NCBI GenBank assembly: GCA_964106915.2
Contig: OZ066915.1
Source of the DNA: Podarcis gaigeae
Taxonomy: Eukaryota
Length of the DNA: 64,000 bases
Reading direction: 5' to 3' (one strand)
Of the stretch, positions 25,301 to 40,300 are shown one piece after another. The position numbers and the translations under genes were made by a program. The notes beneath the pieces were generated by a model, which was not told where the DNA came from, ran no database searches, and saw only the letters and a list, made by a program, of their open reading frames with translations. Each line of letters opens with the position of its first letter. Position 1 is the stretch's first letter.

Positions 25301-26926
25301 GACAGGCATCCTGTCAGTTTTGGTGAGATTTTTTTTTACCTCCCCCTTAGGACTGCCTGACCAGAAAAAAACAGACTGCCCTGCTTTTTATCTGCAGAAA
25401 TCAGCAGATGGAGGTTTTTATGGAATGGAGCTAAGCATTCTCACCTCCCAGTGTCTGCAGTACAAGCTTGCAAAGGGTTTAGAAAACGTGCCAGTATAAT
25501 AATAATGATAAAGGAACAAAGCTGGCAACAATACCTCTTGAATGATATCTTTAGCAGGCCAAATCCTTAGCAGCAGCAGTGCCTCTCAGGAGGTTATACA
25601 AGCCTGTTTGTAATGTAAACATCCTGCCAAAGGATGACAGATATGTTTTAAGAAAAATTTTCCAAAAGGAGAGAACCAAGATGACTAGCAAATCTAAATA
25701 AATAACTGGGAGGGAAGTACTTGCACTTCCCAAGTGAACCACATGGGCCACGAACCACTCTCTGGTGCAAGAGATTCAGCTGGAAGAACTGAGAGACTAG
25801 CAACTCGCTGAAGGTGAAAATATAGTGTTTCTGGCCAGAGAGTCCTGGGAGCATCACTTCTGTTACAGTAACACCTAAGTACGTGGCAGCCATGAAGAGG
25901 TGGGAAACATAAGGCGTTTCAGGAGTTACATGGAAGAGCACATGCAAACAAGTTTATCTTTATATGAGAACTAGAAACAGAAACTGAACTCTTTAAGATA
26001 CTTCTTTTCATTACACTTATCTTAAGAATGGAGAGATACGGGAAAGAATGGCGAGGCACATAATAGTGGTACACATAATGAATAGCGAGTTATAGATAGG
26101 CCCAACGGGGTAAGCGTTCTCAGGCATTCAGGGCAGCATTGTTTACACCAATAGCGGAAGCTTTATCGCCACCTTCAATAAGAGCGTGATAAGGCCAGAG
26201 AACAGAATCAAAGACTGCCAGGCACAAATGCATTAAGGCCTGTGACACATACACTTATGTGATTAAGCGGCAAACTGCTCCCACTTATCACTATTGGCCT
26301 ATACACTACACTGTACAACTTGCCTTGTGAACGGGAAAACTCTCCATCTACTTATATTCAGTACAATAGCGCAGTTTCTGCACAATCTGATCTAGATATA
26401 TTGGCACTGACTGCCAAGAAAACCATTCTTAGTATCTGCTTATTGAGTTTTTAATGGGTGTCCCTTCCTCTAAAATAGTCATTGTTTCATTCATCTTAGT
26501 TGTCTAAGTATTTAGATGGCAACGGCCACAGTCAGCGCATAACTCAACTGCCTTGTCCAGGAATGGCTGCCATAAGGAGTGGTGGAGAGAGGAATATTTC
26601 AATAAATACAGCAAACCCACAACGTATGTGCATTTAACTTTTGCACATTCAGCTTTACGTGCGGACAAAATAAATAAATAAAAATTAAAAGGGTGGAGAA
26701 AGGGTGTGAGGTTCTGGGGGAAATGACTTTGGCAATCCCACTTACTATTGAGCTCAATAGATTTTGACTATGCATAATTTGGCTTTAGGCAAAATCCGCT
26801 GGAACATAACCCCTGCATAAGCTGCCTGCTTACTGTACATCCTGTTGTACAGCAACAAACTGTTTCACTATCTTCAAACACATTCTTCAGCACACCTTCA
26901 CATAGTTTATGATCTTAAGGTATAAA

Positions 26927-26972
<46 letters not shown>

Positions 26973-27071
26973 ATATACACACACACATAGACACACAGGG
27001 ATCTACATTTTGTATAATCCCTATCCCATTCCTTGAATGTACAAGCAGAGAAGAATATCAAGGCAAGAAAT

Positions 27072-27124
<53 letters not shown>

Positions 27125-30100
27125 GATAGGAATTTTATTATGCATTGGATAAATCCAGAGAATTTTAAGAGGTCGATGAGTAATGTCAAAAGATGGAAAA
27201 GCAGTTGTATAGCCAAAATGCTACCATCATTCCAAGCTGATGAACAGGAAGTTTAGGCCAGGGGTTATTTAAAAAACAAAACAAACAGGAAAGCATGTTG
27301 CGATTATACAATAGGGAATTATCCTGAAGGAAATGAATGGGGTCATGTTATCCTTTACTAGAACTGACACCTGTCAGTTACCCTTTTAAAACATACAGCA
27401 CTTTTTCTTTAGCGGGATTGGGACAATGAAAGAGCACTGTAAATATAGTTGCCCTATAGCGAGCATCATTTTTGACAAGATATTTTGCAAGCGTAAAACC
27501 AGCATCTTCCACAAGAGATGCAGAGGAAAGAGTGGCAAAAGCATTTTTCATGCACCAGACATCAACCTAGTATGACAACACATTCTCATTCCAGTGGGTG
27601 CCTCATTCTCTACCATTCTGAAGTCCACAGCAAAGGATAGCTTCAATTGGTACATAAGTAATCATATCCTATTTCCAGATTCTTCTGATCATGAAAGTGT
27701 TTTGGACAGTGTATGGGGAAATATCTATAGTATTTCAATAACCAGCCTTGTCAATCTGTGAGTGGTGGACCAATGGCGTACATGTACACCCCAAAATGAC
27801 TGTGGTAAAATATTGTCATAAATTGTCATATGATAAGTGAGCATGTTATTGGCTGTAACTACCTTAACTATTTTATGTTGATTGGTCAATCTGTGGTGCG
27901 GTTGATAGAAATAGAGAATGTGAGATTGAAGAAGCAGCTCGTGGGAAATGAAAGGAGAATATGGACTATTCAAAATGGAATACGAGATGTCTCAGCTCAC
28001 ATAATCTCACCATCCTGAGGTTTGAGAAAGTGGTGGCAGGGTTAGCTGTATTGGTAACCAGCAACACATCTGTTGCAGTGATTATATTTTTAGCTTTTTT
28101 TAAAAGACTAGTTTGCAAACAATCCAAATCATTCCCCACTGATACTTCAGCCCCTCACACAGTTTAAATCACACTTATTTATATATCTTTTAATTAAATT
28201 TAGTGATTTAATCCAGACACATGAGGATTTGGAGAAACCTGACTGGAATGGAATTGGGGCCCACAGTGTATCCCTCACTGCTAGTTTTAGAAAAGCTCTT
28301 AACTGCCAATCTCATGGGTATTTCAGTTGATTTTTAAAAAAAACCACTATAATACATCCTTAAATCATGGGTTTGGTATTCTTTTCAACATGCATTTTTT
28401 TAAATAAAAAAACCCCAACACCAGTTATTTCCGGTATTGTTTGGCTTTGTAAATGGAAGGCCACACAAACCCTTTTCTTTAATGTACATTGTATTAACCT
28501 CACTGAAGCCTTTAAAATTCCATTTTAGAACAAAACTCTTATTGTGAACAATACTTAAACCAACAAAGATTCCCCAAGACACACACAAACACATTACAGT
28601 TTGCATCATCTTGTACAAAGCATTATATATTCTATGTCTTTCTTCTCAGCCACACGTATCAGCATTACAACCACACAATGTTCATATCTTGAACACTCCG
28701 GCGGCCTAAATTATTTGGTGTCTCTGGAGGGTAATGGCAATGATCCAAACTGGAGGAAATGCTGAAATTAAAAGACATGTTTATACAGGACACACTTCTC
28801 CTAAAACGTGCACTGGAAGAACGAAAGACTATTTGGCTTCAATGACTCATATGGCTGAAAAGGCCAGAAGATAACCTAGCCCAGTGACTTACATCAAGGC
28901 AGTACTGCTACCTAACAACTCATCTTGAATTGACCTACATAATGCAGACTATAACATCTCACAAGCCGAGGGCAGCAGAGAGGAGAACCGCTCAAAATGC
29001 CCACAGAACAGATAGCACCAGACAATAAAAGAACCACACACTACAGGAAAATGTGGTGGTGGTGGTTTTCAGTACCACTATCTGAGACAAACAGACTTTT
29101 AATCTAGGAGAAAACTTCCCAAATTCAAATATGACATTATGTGAGGCCTAAGCCAAGAAGAAAACCATCCACAGACACTCCCCAAAAGTCATTTTAAACA
29201 GGGACACTACATCCAACCTCTTTCAAGATGTAGGAGGACTTGGTACCTCCAAAGAAATGGGGGTGGGGGAGAACCCAACTATACTGAATGTAGAAAATAT
29301 TTTTTCTCTCACCACAATGAGTCCACAAGAATAGAGGCACCAGATTAAACAATCTTAAAACACAATTAAAAATCAAACCATGCTTTTTAAAAAAGTTATA
29401 GCTTTGTCCAAGGCCACAGTAATACTTTCCCTAAGCCAACAAAGCCATAACCTAAATCCTAATCAGCTAATGGCCACTTAAAGCCCTGAGGCAGGCCACC
29501 TGGTTTCATTTGCACAGATGGAAAGCAGGAGCAATTGTACTAAAATCTCTAAAGGACATGAGACAAGTACGCCAGAGAGCCATAGCAACAAGTCTCAGAG
29601 CTTGCTCTCACAAATCAATTATTGCTTAATGCTTTTTCATTCAACTTTGTCCTCTCCTGGGCATTTAAAAATTGTGTTTCAAGAGGAAACCCATAGTCCC
29701 TTTGTGAATATGCTGTGAAGGTTTTAATAAAGTCAGAATATATGAGAGTGAGAAGTTTTAATGAGTAAGGTTATCATTACAGAGCCATTCTGAAAAACAG
29801 TGTTGTCAACAGTATCTCCTGCAATGGTCCCCTCTTCCCTGTGACACAAACATCACCACATTAGTATTTTGTCCCATGCACCTGCATGAACCTTTGAAGT
29901 GCATGTCAGAGTTTTTGGCCAATCTAAACAAGAAGAATTGAGAACTGAAGGCTCCCACTTTTGGTGGCAAGCAACTGCTCTAGTTTCAACTCAGAAACGC
30001 AAACCTGTGAAGATAAGCCCTTAATGATTTAGTATCAGAAACACAGAAAGGTAAAACAAAAACAAACAAAAACCCTCTTAACATTGGAGATAGTGTTAGG

Positions 30101-31321
30101 GCAAACAGTATATGTGTAGATAAGCACTACTTAAAATGTGTTACAAAGCTGCTCCTAATTGTTCATTCTTATCCCACAACAAAGATGCAACTGTGGAAAA
30201 GGGCAATGTAGCAAAATTCCAGACACAGGAAATGCTATGCTATGATTATTCAGAGCAAAGTAAGTTAGTAGCTCACAGCTTGGAGCAGCACATCCCTTGC
30301 CTCTGAAAGCACAGCCCTTTTATAGGATGAAACCCAAGATACCTGATGATGAATCAGAATTTGTCCCAACTCTGGGTTGCTGGAATCTAGCAGACATCAA
30401 AACAATGGAGGACTAAAGATAAAGGGGAACGAATTGGGTTGTTGAAAAGATGGCGTTCAAGGCATTTAAGATGGGCCTAAAGGGAATGATACATTATTGC
30501 AAGAAAAATGTTGATTCCTTCTCCTATTGTGTTCAGGGAGATGTTTTAGACGCTGCACTTCAGACCTGTCTAGTCACAATACAGTGGTGCCTCGCTAGAC
30601 GAAATTAATCCGTTCCGCGATTCTCTTCGTCTAGCGGTTTTTTCGTCTTGCGAAGCAAGCCCATTGACAGCTTAGCGGATTAGTGCTAGAGCTGTCAAGC
30701 GGCTTCCAGCGATCAGCTGTTAAGCGGCTTATCAGCGGAACAGCTGATAAGCGGCTTAGCGGCTTAGGAAAAGGGCAAAAAAAGCAAAAAAAAAACGCTG
30801 GGGGACGCAAGATTTTTTCGTCTTGTGAAGCAACCCCATAGGGAAATTCGTTTTGCGAAGCGCCTCCAAAACAGAAAAACCCTTTCGTCTAGCGGGTTTT
30901 TCGTCTTGCAAGGCGTTCGTCTTGCGGGGCACCACTGTACATCAGTAGGTGTACATGTCCCAGTTGCGAAGACGCAAAGAAAAGGAAGAGATCTTGATAT
31001 TGGATGCATTACAAAAGCTTCAGCTTTCACACTTTTAAAAGGCCAGTTTTTAGCCCATAGCTATGAAGACAGACTTCCAAGTGTGGAGCTTGTATGCTCT
31101 AAATATTCAGAGAGAATGAACACACAAACTTAGCTGAAACTTTTTCTAAGGTGTAATAATAGTTCCTTAAATCATCCAAATTTAAAAATGTCATTAAAAA
31201 TGCAGAACAACAACAAATATGTTTTACTTACTTAATTCTTATCTGGGAAACAAGGGACAGAACCCGTCATTATTTTATGTACACCCAACTGTATGGATGT
31301 TACTGAAACCGGGGGGGGGGG

Positions 31322-31374
<53 letters not shown>

Positions 31375-34300
31375 TTCAATGAATGCATCCTATAAGTAAC
31401 CATTTTATTTTGAGATCCTATTGTTCAAATGATGTGAATCCATTGTGAGAGCTGGGTGGCGGCTGAATTTTTGACCGACCTCCTCCCTATCCAGAAAGCT
31501 CTAAAACACTTCAAAAGGACTTCTGAATAGGAAATAGACTAGGCAGTGTTAGAACAGCCACAAATTCAAATGCAAGCATTTCCTCTGTGTGTGCTGCTGC
31601 TTCTAAAAGAGAGAGACTTCAACTGTCCAATATAGCAAACAGGGAACAGTTTTGTTTTTGCATTTTGAACCCTGATCTATACAGTACTGCAATATGTGAA
31701 ATGTATGGTTTAGTTGTTTTGAGGGGGCAAGGGGTGTCTTTAATCAGACAAGCCACTGTATTTTACTCATAGCCAACTGTCTGGAAGGAAGGATCCCTAA
31801 AAGAAAAAGCATAGTTTCATTACCAAATGAGTATGAACTACCGTACATTCCCAGAGAAAGTGAATTCCATAGAATCTAGGCCAAGGAACGAAGTGGGGGG
31901 GGGGGGTAAGGAAATGAAACTTTACAAACAGCATAAAGTTCACAGAAACTGCACCAAAATTCCTATTACACACAATCTTTCTGCTATTCCCATCCTACAA
32001 CAACTCGTTATTGTCACTTGAAAACATGTGATTAGGACTAATATTGTTACTAAATCATTATCAATCTGGCATGGAAAGACAAAGGAGCCCATTTCCTTCT
32101 TGTAGATTCATCTCACAGCTACTTTAGAATAGCTGAAACAGTAAACTGTGTTGTTTCCAGAGAAAATTTCATGACTTTAGCTTGTGACTTGATTCCCCAC
32201 CCCCACCCCGAAAAGCAACTTAATCATCTATCCCATGACATATCCTTAGTGTAATGGATCTTTGAGCAGGGCAGTTTCTCTAAAAATAAAATGACTACAT
32301 TCTCTGAAATGCGAGCGCTTCTACAAAGCCAGAGTTCAGCCACATCATTAAAAAGCTGCACACAATAGAACTGTTACCTTGAAAGGGAAAATAACCGCAA
32401 GGCTATGTCATCCTGGTTAACTGAGCATCCTTTAGCCATGATAGTGTCACAAGACAAACCACAAAAAAGAATGAAAAGCCGATTCATTGAGCTAGTCTCA
32501 AAGGCCCCTCATGTTTGCTAACAAAAAATCATAATGAGGCAAGCCTTCTTTCAACAATGAGTGATAAAAATCCTCACTAAAGTAGAGGCAATGGTAGAGA
32601 TAAAATATTCCATGATAATCATTTCTGCTCCCCACCCACATTGAGTAATGCAGATTATTTATAATAAAATGAGTATTTTCAGATGTCTAAGATACAGTCT
32701 TGGCAGTGTCCATTCTCAAGGGCTTACATAGGGCTGTTTCAGGCATAATGCTATACCAGAGTTTACTGCTACATGAAAAAACAAAAGAAAGACTTAAGCT
32801 TGTATATTTCTCCTTTCCTTCTGCTCCTCTGGTGCAGCTGCAATGAGATTTCATAATTTCTGTTTTAAAATTAAATAGAATAATTTCTGTTTTTAACCAT
32901 GAATTATAATTAATTTAAACCTTAAACCAGCCTCTCCCAACCTGGGGACCTCTAGATGTTTTAGACTACAAGTTCCATCAATCTGTGACATAATTCTTGA
33001 TAAGGGAAGGTAACAATTCCTCCCCGCCCATTGCCCATATCAGAGAAAAAGAATGTGGGGGTGAGATGCAGCTCTAAGACATGGGTCACCAACACAGCGT
33101 TCATGAGCACTAGGGGGTTCCTTTCTGCACCACTTATCAAAATAATGAATTCAGGGGCTCGGTCGCCAGCTCTGCCTTGTAATCAGTTACCTGGGCAAGT
33201 TACTTGTCCTTCATTATTAACCATGATCCCACAGCAGCCATTTTGTGGTGGTGCCTACAAGAGGTTTTGTGCTGCTTTCCCCCACAAATTATCAGATGTG
33301 TGCACGAATTCAAAAAAGTTGGCACCCCCTGCTCTACAAAGCTTGTGGAGTCTATCAAACAAAATTGACACTGCAGTAGAGAATAGCTCTAACTTCTGAT
33401 GAACAGAATATTAGAAACGCAAAGCACAGAGGCTGGCTCATCTGCCACTCACTTAAGCAAGTAATACTTTTTTATAAATAATTTGAATAAAAAACTGCTT
33501 GTCCTATTGTTTCCCCACGTCTCTTCCCAGCTCTCTCACTTCCACCTCACAAGCTACCCCAAACTAACAAGTAAAGTGTAGCTAGCAATAGTGATTATGA
33601 CATTCCACTTTTATGCAACTATCGGCTGATATTTGGTTTTAGATTACGTACTTTCACTGGCCGTCAAAGCTAGTCAGTGACAAAATAATATTGTAACGGA
33701 ACACTATAACTATCAGCAATACAGTTAACAGGAGAGTTTATAGTATACAGCTTTCTAGCCTGTGCTTCATTTTTCCTCAGCAATATGTACTACGATTCAA
33801 GTTCTCTTGGGAGGTAGCTCTTTAATTTAACTGAAGGTTTTGCTTCTCTCATCTGCAAGTTAAACAGCATTTAAAACAGAACCGCTGACAAGTATTTCCT
33901 GTACAGCTATAAGAAGGTCTTTTGCAATGAGTCAGGCCAATTTCCATCTCAGCCTCCTATGGCTTGCAGTAGCTCGCCAGAGAATTTTAAGATGGCTTTG
34001 GGAACAACATAGGATGGATGGAAGAAGGGGCTGTGCACCCTCAACTGCCATTTTGTGTAACATCCAAACAGTTTGGGAGCATCACATACCATTGGTTATG
34101 TTTAGGTTCTGGGGTTTTTTTTAATGAATCTTTTTAAGGTCAGGTGTTTTGCTTTGTTTTTGTTTTTGAAAAAAAGAGAGCATCAAGTGGCCTTCAGTTT
34201 GGGTCAAGAGGCCTCCATCTTTAATACCATGTTTTTAGAATCTGGTAGGTGAGAGTTAAAAGATGGATGGAGAAGGCATAGTGTCTAAGTCACGTTTAGT

Positions 34301-37300
34301 CTGCTACAATTCCCTCTTCCCCCCAAAATAGTATAAAAGCTACTGCCTGATAGATAGATGGAAGCCTTGGAAGCTGTTCAGATTGCTGCAATTGATCACA
34401 GTCATTTGACACCCAAGTTCCTCTGCCCTTATATTTACTTCAACAGTAAAGCTTTTTGAAATATCGTCCATGTGCAAGGAATCAGAAGTATGAAAATAAA
34501 GGAGGTAGCACTGGGTCACACCTTCAAGCCATAGCCAAAGAAAAATGTGCTGTCACCAAGCCAGGCAATTAATCTCACTACATTTAAATCTGCCTGTCAG
34601 TTTCTAGACTATACTCATTAATATGCTCTGCAAACATGTTGCAGCACTGTGGACCACTAGAATCAACTAATGGAGGCTGGTGTGATCCACAATGAATAAA
34701 TTTGAAGCACACAATTTTCCTGACCACCCCCAATTTTAATCTGATTTTATTCCAAGGTGGGGTTTTGGCTTGGACACTAAACTATCCATTTGACATTTAG
34801 CCTGCAAGCCTATGAAGGCTTATTTGGGAGTGAGCCCCACTGAACGCATGCAGGAGTGGGTTGCTAGTTTTTCATATGAGAAGTGTTTCAAAACAAGAGA
34901 CGCCCAGTTCATTAGCCACTGTTATGTTGTGCTTTTCCCAAGAGCCTGCCATAGTCTGAACTCAAAAGTTCAAGGAAAAAATAGTATTCCGAAAACTGTC
35001 AATCTTCTAAAAACTGGCTCTAGTATCAGTTTTCAGTATTCAACAACAGAAGTATGTCCAAAGATATTATATTAAATGCTAAATATGATAGTTGTATTAG
35101 CATCTAAAAATTATGTGTCAACATATTGCACAACACATAATAAAAAAAGACCTCAGCTCAAATTGCTGATGCTACAATCCTGTTGCCTTACATAAACATA
35201 TCTTATCAATTTTTCCTTTCTTGCAGAATGACTAAAACTATAGGATTCTTCCCCAGTTCTCTCTTACCAGCTAGCATCATACCCAAGTTCTACATTTCTA
35301 TTATAAAAACTAACTAAAATTATACAGAAATATAATTCCATCTAGCCTCCATTTCCCAGAATATTAAATATATTTTTCAGAAGGCCATAGTAACACTACA
35401 ACATTATAAGGTAGATGAGCAGATAGACTTGTTCTTTTGCATGTGCAAATACCAAAACAACAGTATAGTGTAATAATTAGCAGTAACATTTTATGTCACT
35501 AAGCTTGCAGGAGCATCTACGGAATATCTGGTTTTAAATTAGATGCAATTATCTTTTCTCCCCTGCCCCCACACTGCACTCATAAAAAATATTGGGTAAC
35601 AACATGTTTCACTCTGTCCCATCACCCAGATGTATTGGGGTCATGGAAAGGTGTGCTAACTTGAACACTATTCACATGCTGGTTGTTTTCTACATAAGCA
35701 GGAACAAGGTGAGGGGTGGAATCGTTGTCTGTGGGAGGCAGGAAATCCATCCCATCCCCTATAGGCACAAAGGGTCACCGTGTTACACCAGAAGACTAAT
35801 TGCTAAATAGTTACAAAAAAAAGAAAAGGAAAATGAAAGGCTTTAAAACAAAGCAACTGCAGTTCAGCATGGGTGGTAGTTTTGTCTGACATTCAAAATG
35901 GCCATTGAACACCATGTCGAATAACTGAAAGAGATGGGTTTAAATTCTACTGCGGTTATGGATTCTCCAAGTAGATCTGGTGAAGTCACTGTCTCTCACC
36001 CTTAGTCTCCAACCAGTTAAATGGGTTAATATTTACCATTTATACAAAGTGCTTCGGGTACTGTGATTAACAATGACAATGTTGTGTAAATGCAACAAAT
36101 TCCTGCAGGGAATTTATTAGCTTCCTGCTTGCCATTTTCCTAATACTAACAGACCACTCCAAGCACCCTAACAAGGGTACATGTCTCAAAGTATACTGGG
36201 AAGAAGCTGCCACGGCCATAAGGCTTTCAGGTTAACATGTTAAATAAGGCTTTGTGTTAACGTGCCTCCTTTTTGAAGAGCTGGCTCCCATAACACGTGC
36301 TGAATTTTGGCTGAGGAAACCAGCGTTGACTGTAGGAGTTCCTGAAGTTTGCTCACGGCCACTTTTGCTTCTCCCCAGTCTGTTTTTCTTTCTGATGAAC
36401 TGTGCTGAACTAAGTCATGATTTTGCTTAGCATATCATCTGAACTGGAACTCATGATTAAGGTCGTGATTCGCGAGAAGAGAGCTTAATCGCAAGCTCAG
36501 GCCGCATAGGCAACACAGTAAGCGAAACCTTTGTTTAACACAGCACAGTTGTTGTTGTTGTTGTTTTAAAAAAGAGGAGTAAAAGAAGCTGCACATTCCT
36601 TTCCAGGAGCCCACAGTGTTGTGAAAGCCAGGTCAATAGGTCAGTTCCTCCTTGGTGGGCAATAACTACTTCATGAAAATTCTGCAAGGACAAAGTTAAA
36701 GACCACAAAGTAAATGAGATGTTAAGGCTGCAAATCCTATGGACCTTTACCTCTGAACATAGCGAGAATTACTTCAGAGTAAGAACGCATGGAGTTCAGG
36801 CCTAAGGCATTTTGCTGCTTGAGGTCAAGGGCAAGATGAAACTCCCTCCCCCTTCTACACATTGAAGCCAACTGGACTGACAGCTGAATCACCCTAGTAA
36901 TGGGATAGCAACCTCCACAACACCTGGGTTGGGGGCTAATTTGCGGTAGGATTGGCTGTGCCAGGAGAATGGCCCCAACATCCGCTGCCCAAGGCCTCAC
37001 TTTGCCTAATGGCAGGGCCGGCCCTGATAGGATTGTACTACAAAATAGTGTTTATTAACCACCATTGTGCTACAGAAAAATTGGGGTGGGGAATGAGAAA
37101 TCACAGGGATGTTTCAATTCACGTAAGCAAGATGGCAACCCAGTTAGCAGCAGACTTAACAAGGGCCATGCATTCGGGGCTTCTGGTCTTTTCCGAGACA
37201 GCCACAAATCTCAGAGCGAGCAAGAAACTGTGGCTTCTAGGAAGCAGCTGCTTTCAACATCCCTGCCCCCAGTATGCTGCTGGATTGCAATCTGGTGCTT

Positions 37301-40300
37301 CACTTTTTATTTACACACAGTTTAAACAAGGCTCTGGCATAAAGGAGAAAAATGCTTTGGAAGGAATGCATTGAGTGAGAAAGGTAAATAATAAGTGGCC
37401 TGCTCTTCAATTATTTTCTTTTTAACAGCTATCAGGACTGTATATAATTCAACTGCACTTCTCAAAGATGAAATCCATGAAATCCAGAGCAGAAGAGAAG
37501 GTGGGGAGAGTAGAAACAGTGACTGTTTATAGTTAATTTGGCGAGGGGGTGGGGAGATACATAGCTTTCCTACTTGTTATGTTAGTTTATTTCTGTGCCA
37601 CCTTTTGTCCCAAAAGGCTCTCACAAGAACTAACAAAGGCAATCACAAAATTCAAGCAATAAAATACAGCAAAAGATTAATATCTCAACAACATATCATA
37701 TTTGTCATATCCATAGTTCAGAAGAGGATTCTTTCCCTAGAAAACGTCCATGGGTCATAGGATTTCAGGCAGAGATAAAATGGAGTTTAGCAAATGCAAT
37801 TCAGTACACAATTCAGCTGGGCCTCTCTGCAAAAGCTAAGAAGAAGAAATAAGTATTGTTATTTAGGCCAAATCACCATGCCCATTTATGGCACCCACGT
37901 GAAGAATTAAGAAATAGTACCATATGGTTACACATGCTGCAAGAAACAGCAAAAGAGGGTGCATTGAGAACAAGAACATAAAGTCTTGTTGCACCTTGAA
38001 GGCTAACAAATTGTATTGTGCCATAAGCTTTCATGGACTAGAGCCGACTTCACCAGATGCTTCAGATGAAAGCTTATGCCATAATAAGCTTTGTCAGTAC
38101 CACAAGAATTTTGCTGCAACAGACTTGTAACACAGCTATCCTTGCCCTGTCAAATGGACCAAAAGTGCTCCTTCTCCAGGCTGTCTTGCATCTCACCATA
38201 TGGCAAATTATAATGTGCATACATTATTCAAGAATGGAATAGTGGTGTCTTTGTAGCCATACAAACCAGAACTACTGAAATGCAATTTGGAAAGCTGGAT
38301 CTAGGACAAAGATTAAATGTGTGCAGCCTCAGCTCTGCCAAGTATATGGAGCAAAACACACACAAAACTACGGCTCCTCCTCCCCAACAACAAAGTCTTG
38401 TGACACTTCAAAGGCAAATAAATACAAGTGGGCTCTAGTTCACAAAAGCTTATAACTCAAATTCACCCATAATTTCTCTTACTATGCTGAGACTCTTTGG
38501 GATTTCTTGCAACAGAGTGATACAGCTTCTCCTGTTGAATTTATTGCTCTTGAATTTGCTAGTAGCATACATGGGAATAGTTCAAAATGTGGAATAATCT
38601 TAAGCAATTCTTCTTAATTCTTAAGCCCTGCACAAAAGGGATTTCCCTTCTCTCCTCCCCTGCACCCCCCAAAATTAGCTGGGGGTGGGTCAGGATAACC
38701 CCCTGCAGAACAACACACAGCAGGAGGGGGGGTCATTCCATCCAGCAAGCTGAAATATTTGTGTTGTTGGAATGTTTGGCATAATGCAAAGTGGAATTCC
38801 TCCCACTATAAATAGACTTGTTGGGTGCAATAGTTCTTTTGCAGCAAAATCCTATACATATTTGTTTGGACATAAGTCCCACTGTGTTGAATGGAGCTTT
38901 CTTTCACGTAAGGGTGCAAAAGGATTGCAGTTTTAGAATCCTTTATCTTGCATCTAAATAAGCTCAGCTTTTCAGTCTTCAGGGCATGATGCAAAAGTAA
39001 CTCCTTTTCAGACCTCTATTTGTACAAAATGGAAAAAGATTTCTGGAGGATAATGCTATCAGTGACTACTGATCATGATCACTATACCACAGTATGCGTG
39101 CTAAGAGGAAGGCACGTTTGGCAAACCCTCACCATGATCAACTCCCACCCAGAAACCTATGTCCACACTGTGGAAGGACATGTGGATCCAGAATTGGCCT
39201 CCACAGTCACTTACAGACTCACTGTTAAGACCATGTTCATGGAAGACAATCTTACTCTGCTACAAGTGGTCACTAAAGAAGAAGAGAAGAAGCTGAATAC
39301 CAGCAGCTGGGGGGCAAACAGCAGGACAGGGCTACTGTGCTCAAGTCCCATTTGGGGCTTCCCAGAGGCATCTGACTGGCTACTGTGGGAACAGAATGCC
39401 AAATTAGTTAGGCCTCAAATCCAGCAGGGGTTTTTGTGTGTTCTTATAGGAGACGGTGGGGGGAAATACTTCACTTTAATCAAACTCAAAATTAACTAAC
39501 GTTATTCCAGACTGCAGGGACAGACAGCCGTCCTTTTGACGTAAAAACAATCATCCTTTGTCACCAGAAAAAGCAAGCAAACAAAAAAATGCAAAAGCTG
39601 CTGAAGTTTCAAGCACAAGTTGCGCCTTTGCTAAAGAAAGCAATTCGCTGAAATGGCTCTCTTACAAAACTCCTATTAGGAATGCCTACTTTGCCAAAGG
39701 GAAAAAAGGTGGCTCTTCTTACACTAGAACCCTGGCCTCATTAAAGCTTAATTGAAAGGAGCAGCAGGGGGAAGAGGGCAGGCTAGAGTTCTGTGGGTGG
39801 ATGCAAGCAGTGCCTATTCCTCCCCCCCCCCAAAGGACGTTTAGAGGTTGTGCAAATACACCCCCATTGTGTCACAAATGTCACCTGGAGAAGCCCCATT
39901 GAAAGGGCAAGAATCAGACTTAACTTATCTCATTCAGATTCAGCTTTCGGTGGTCAGTGGGCAAGAAATGTGAACACAGCTCTACACCCCATCTTTGGCT
40001 CTGCTGGTTAACACTGATCCGCTTATGTGTCACAATGTCTTGCTTCTTAAAAACAAAAACAAAAAACCCTTGTCTATCATTTCAGTATCCCCAACGGAAC
40101 GGTAAAATCTTTGACATATTTCTGCTACATATGAAATATTATAGAGGTTGAAGATTCATATGCTCTAAACCTGAAGCCCATGGTTAAAATCTCAGTTCAA
40201 CTATGAAGTTCTCGTGTGAAATTAGCATGCTGCCATATTTCCTCTTTACTGATTAATAATCTTTCTGGGAAACATTATATGACTTCCACTCAAATGTTAT

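Noticed and set aside
30640-30930. CRISPR-like repeat-spacer pattern
   Set aside because: Eukaryotic context; the repeats are short, irregular and enclosed by mariner-type TIRs with a TA TSD.
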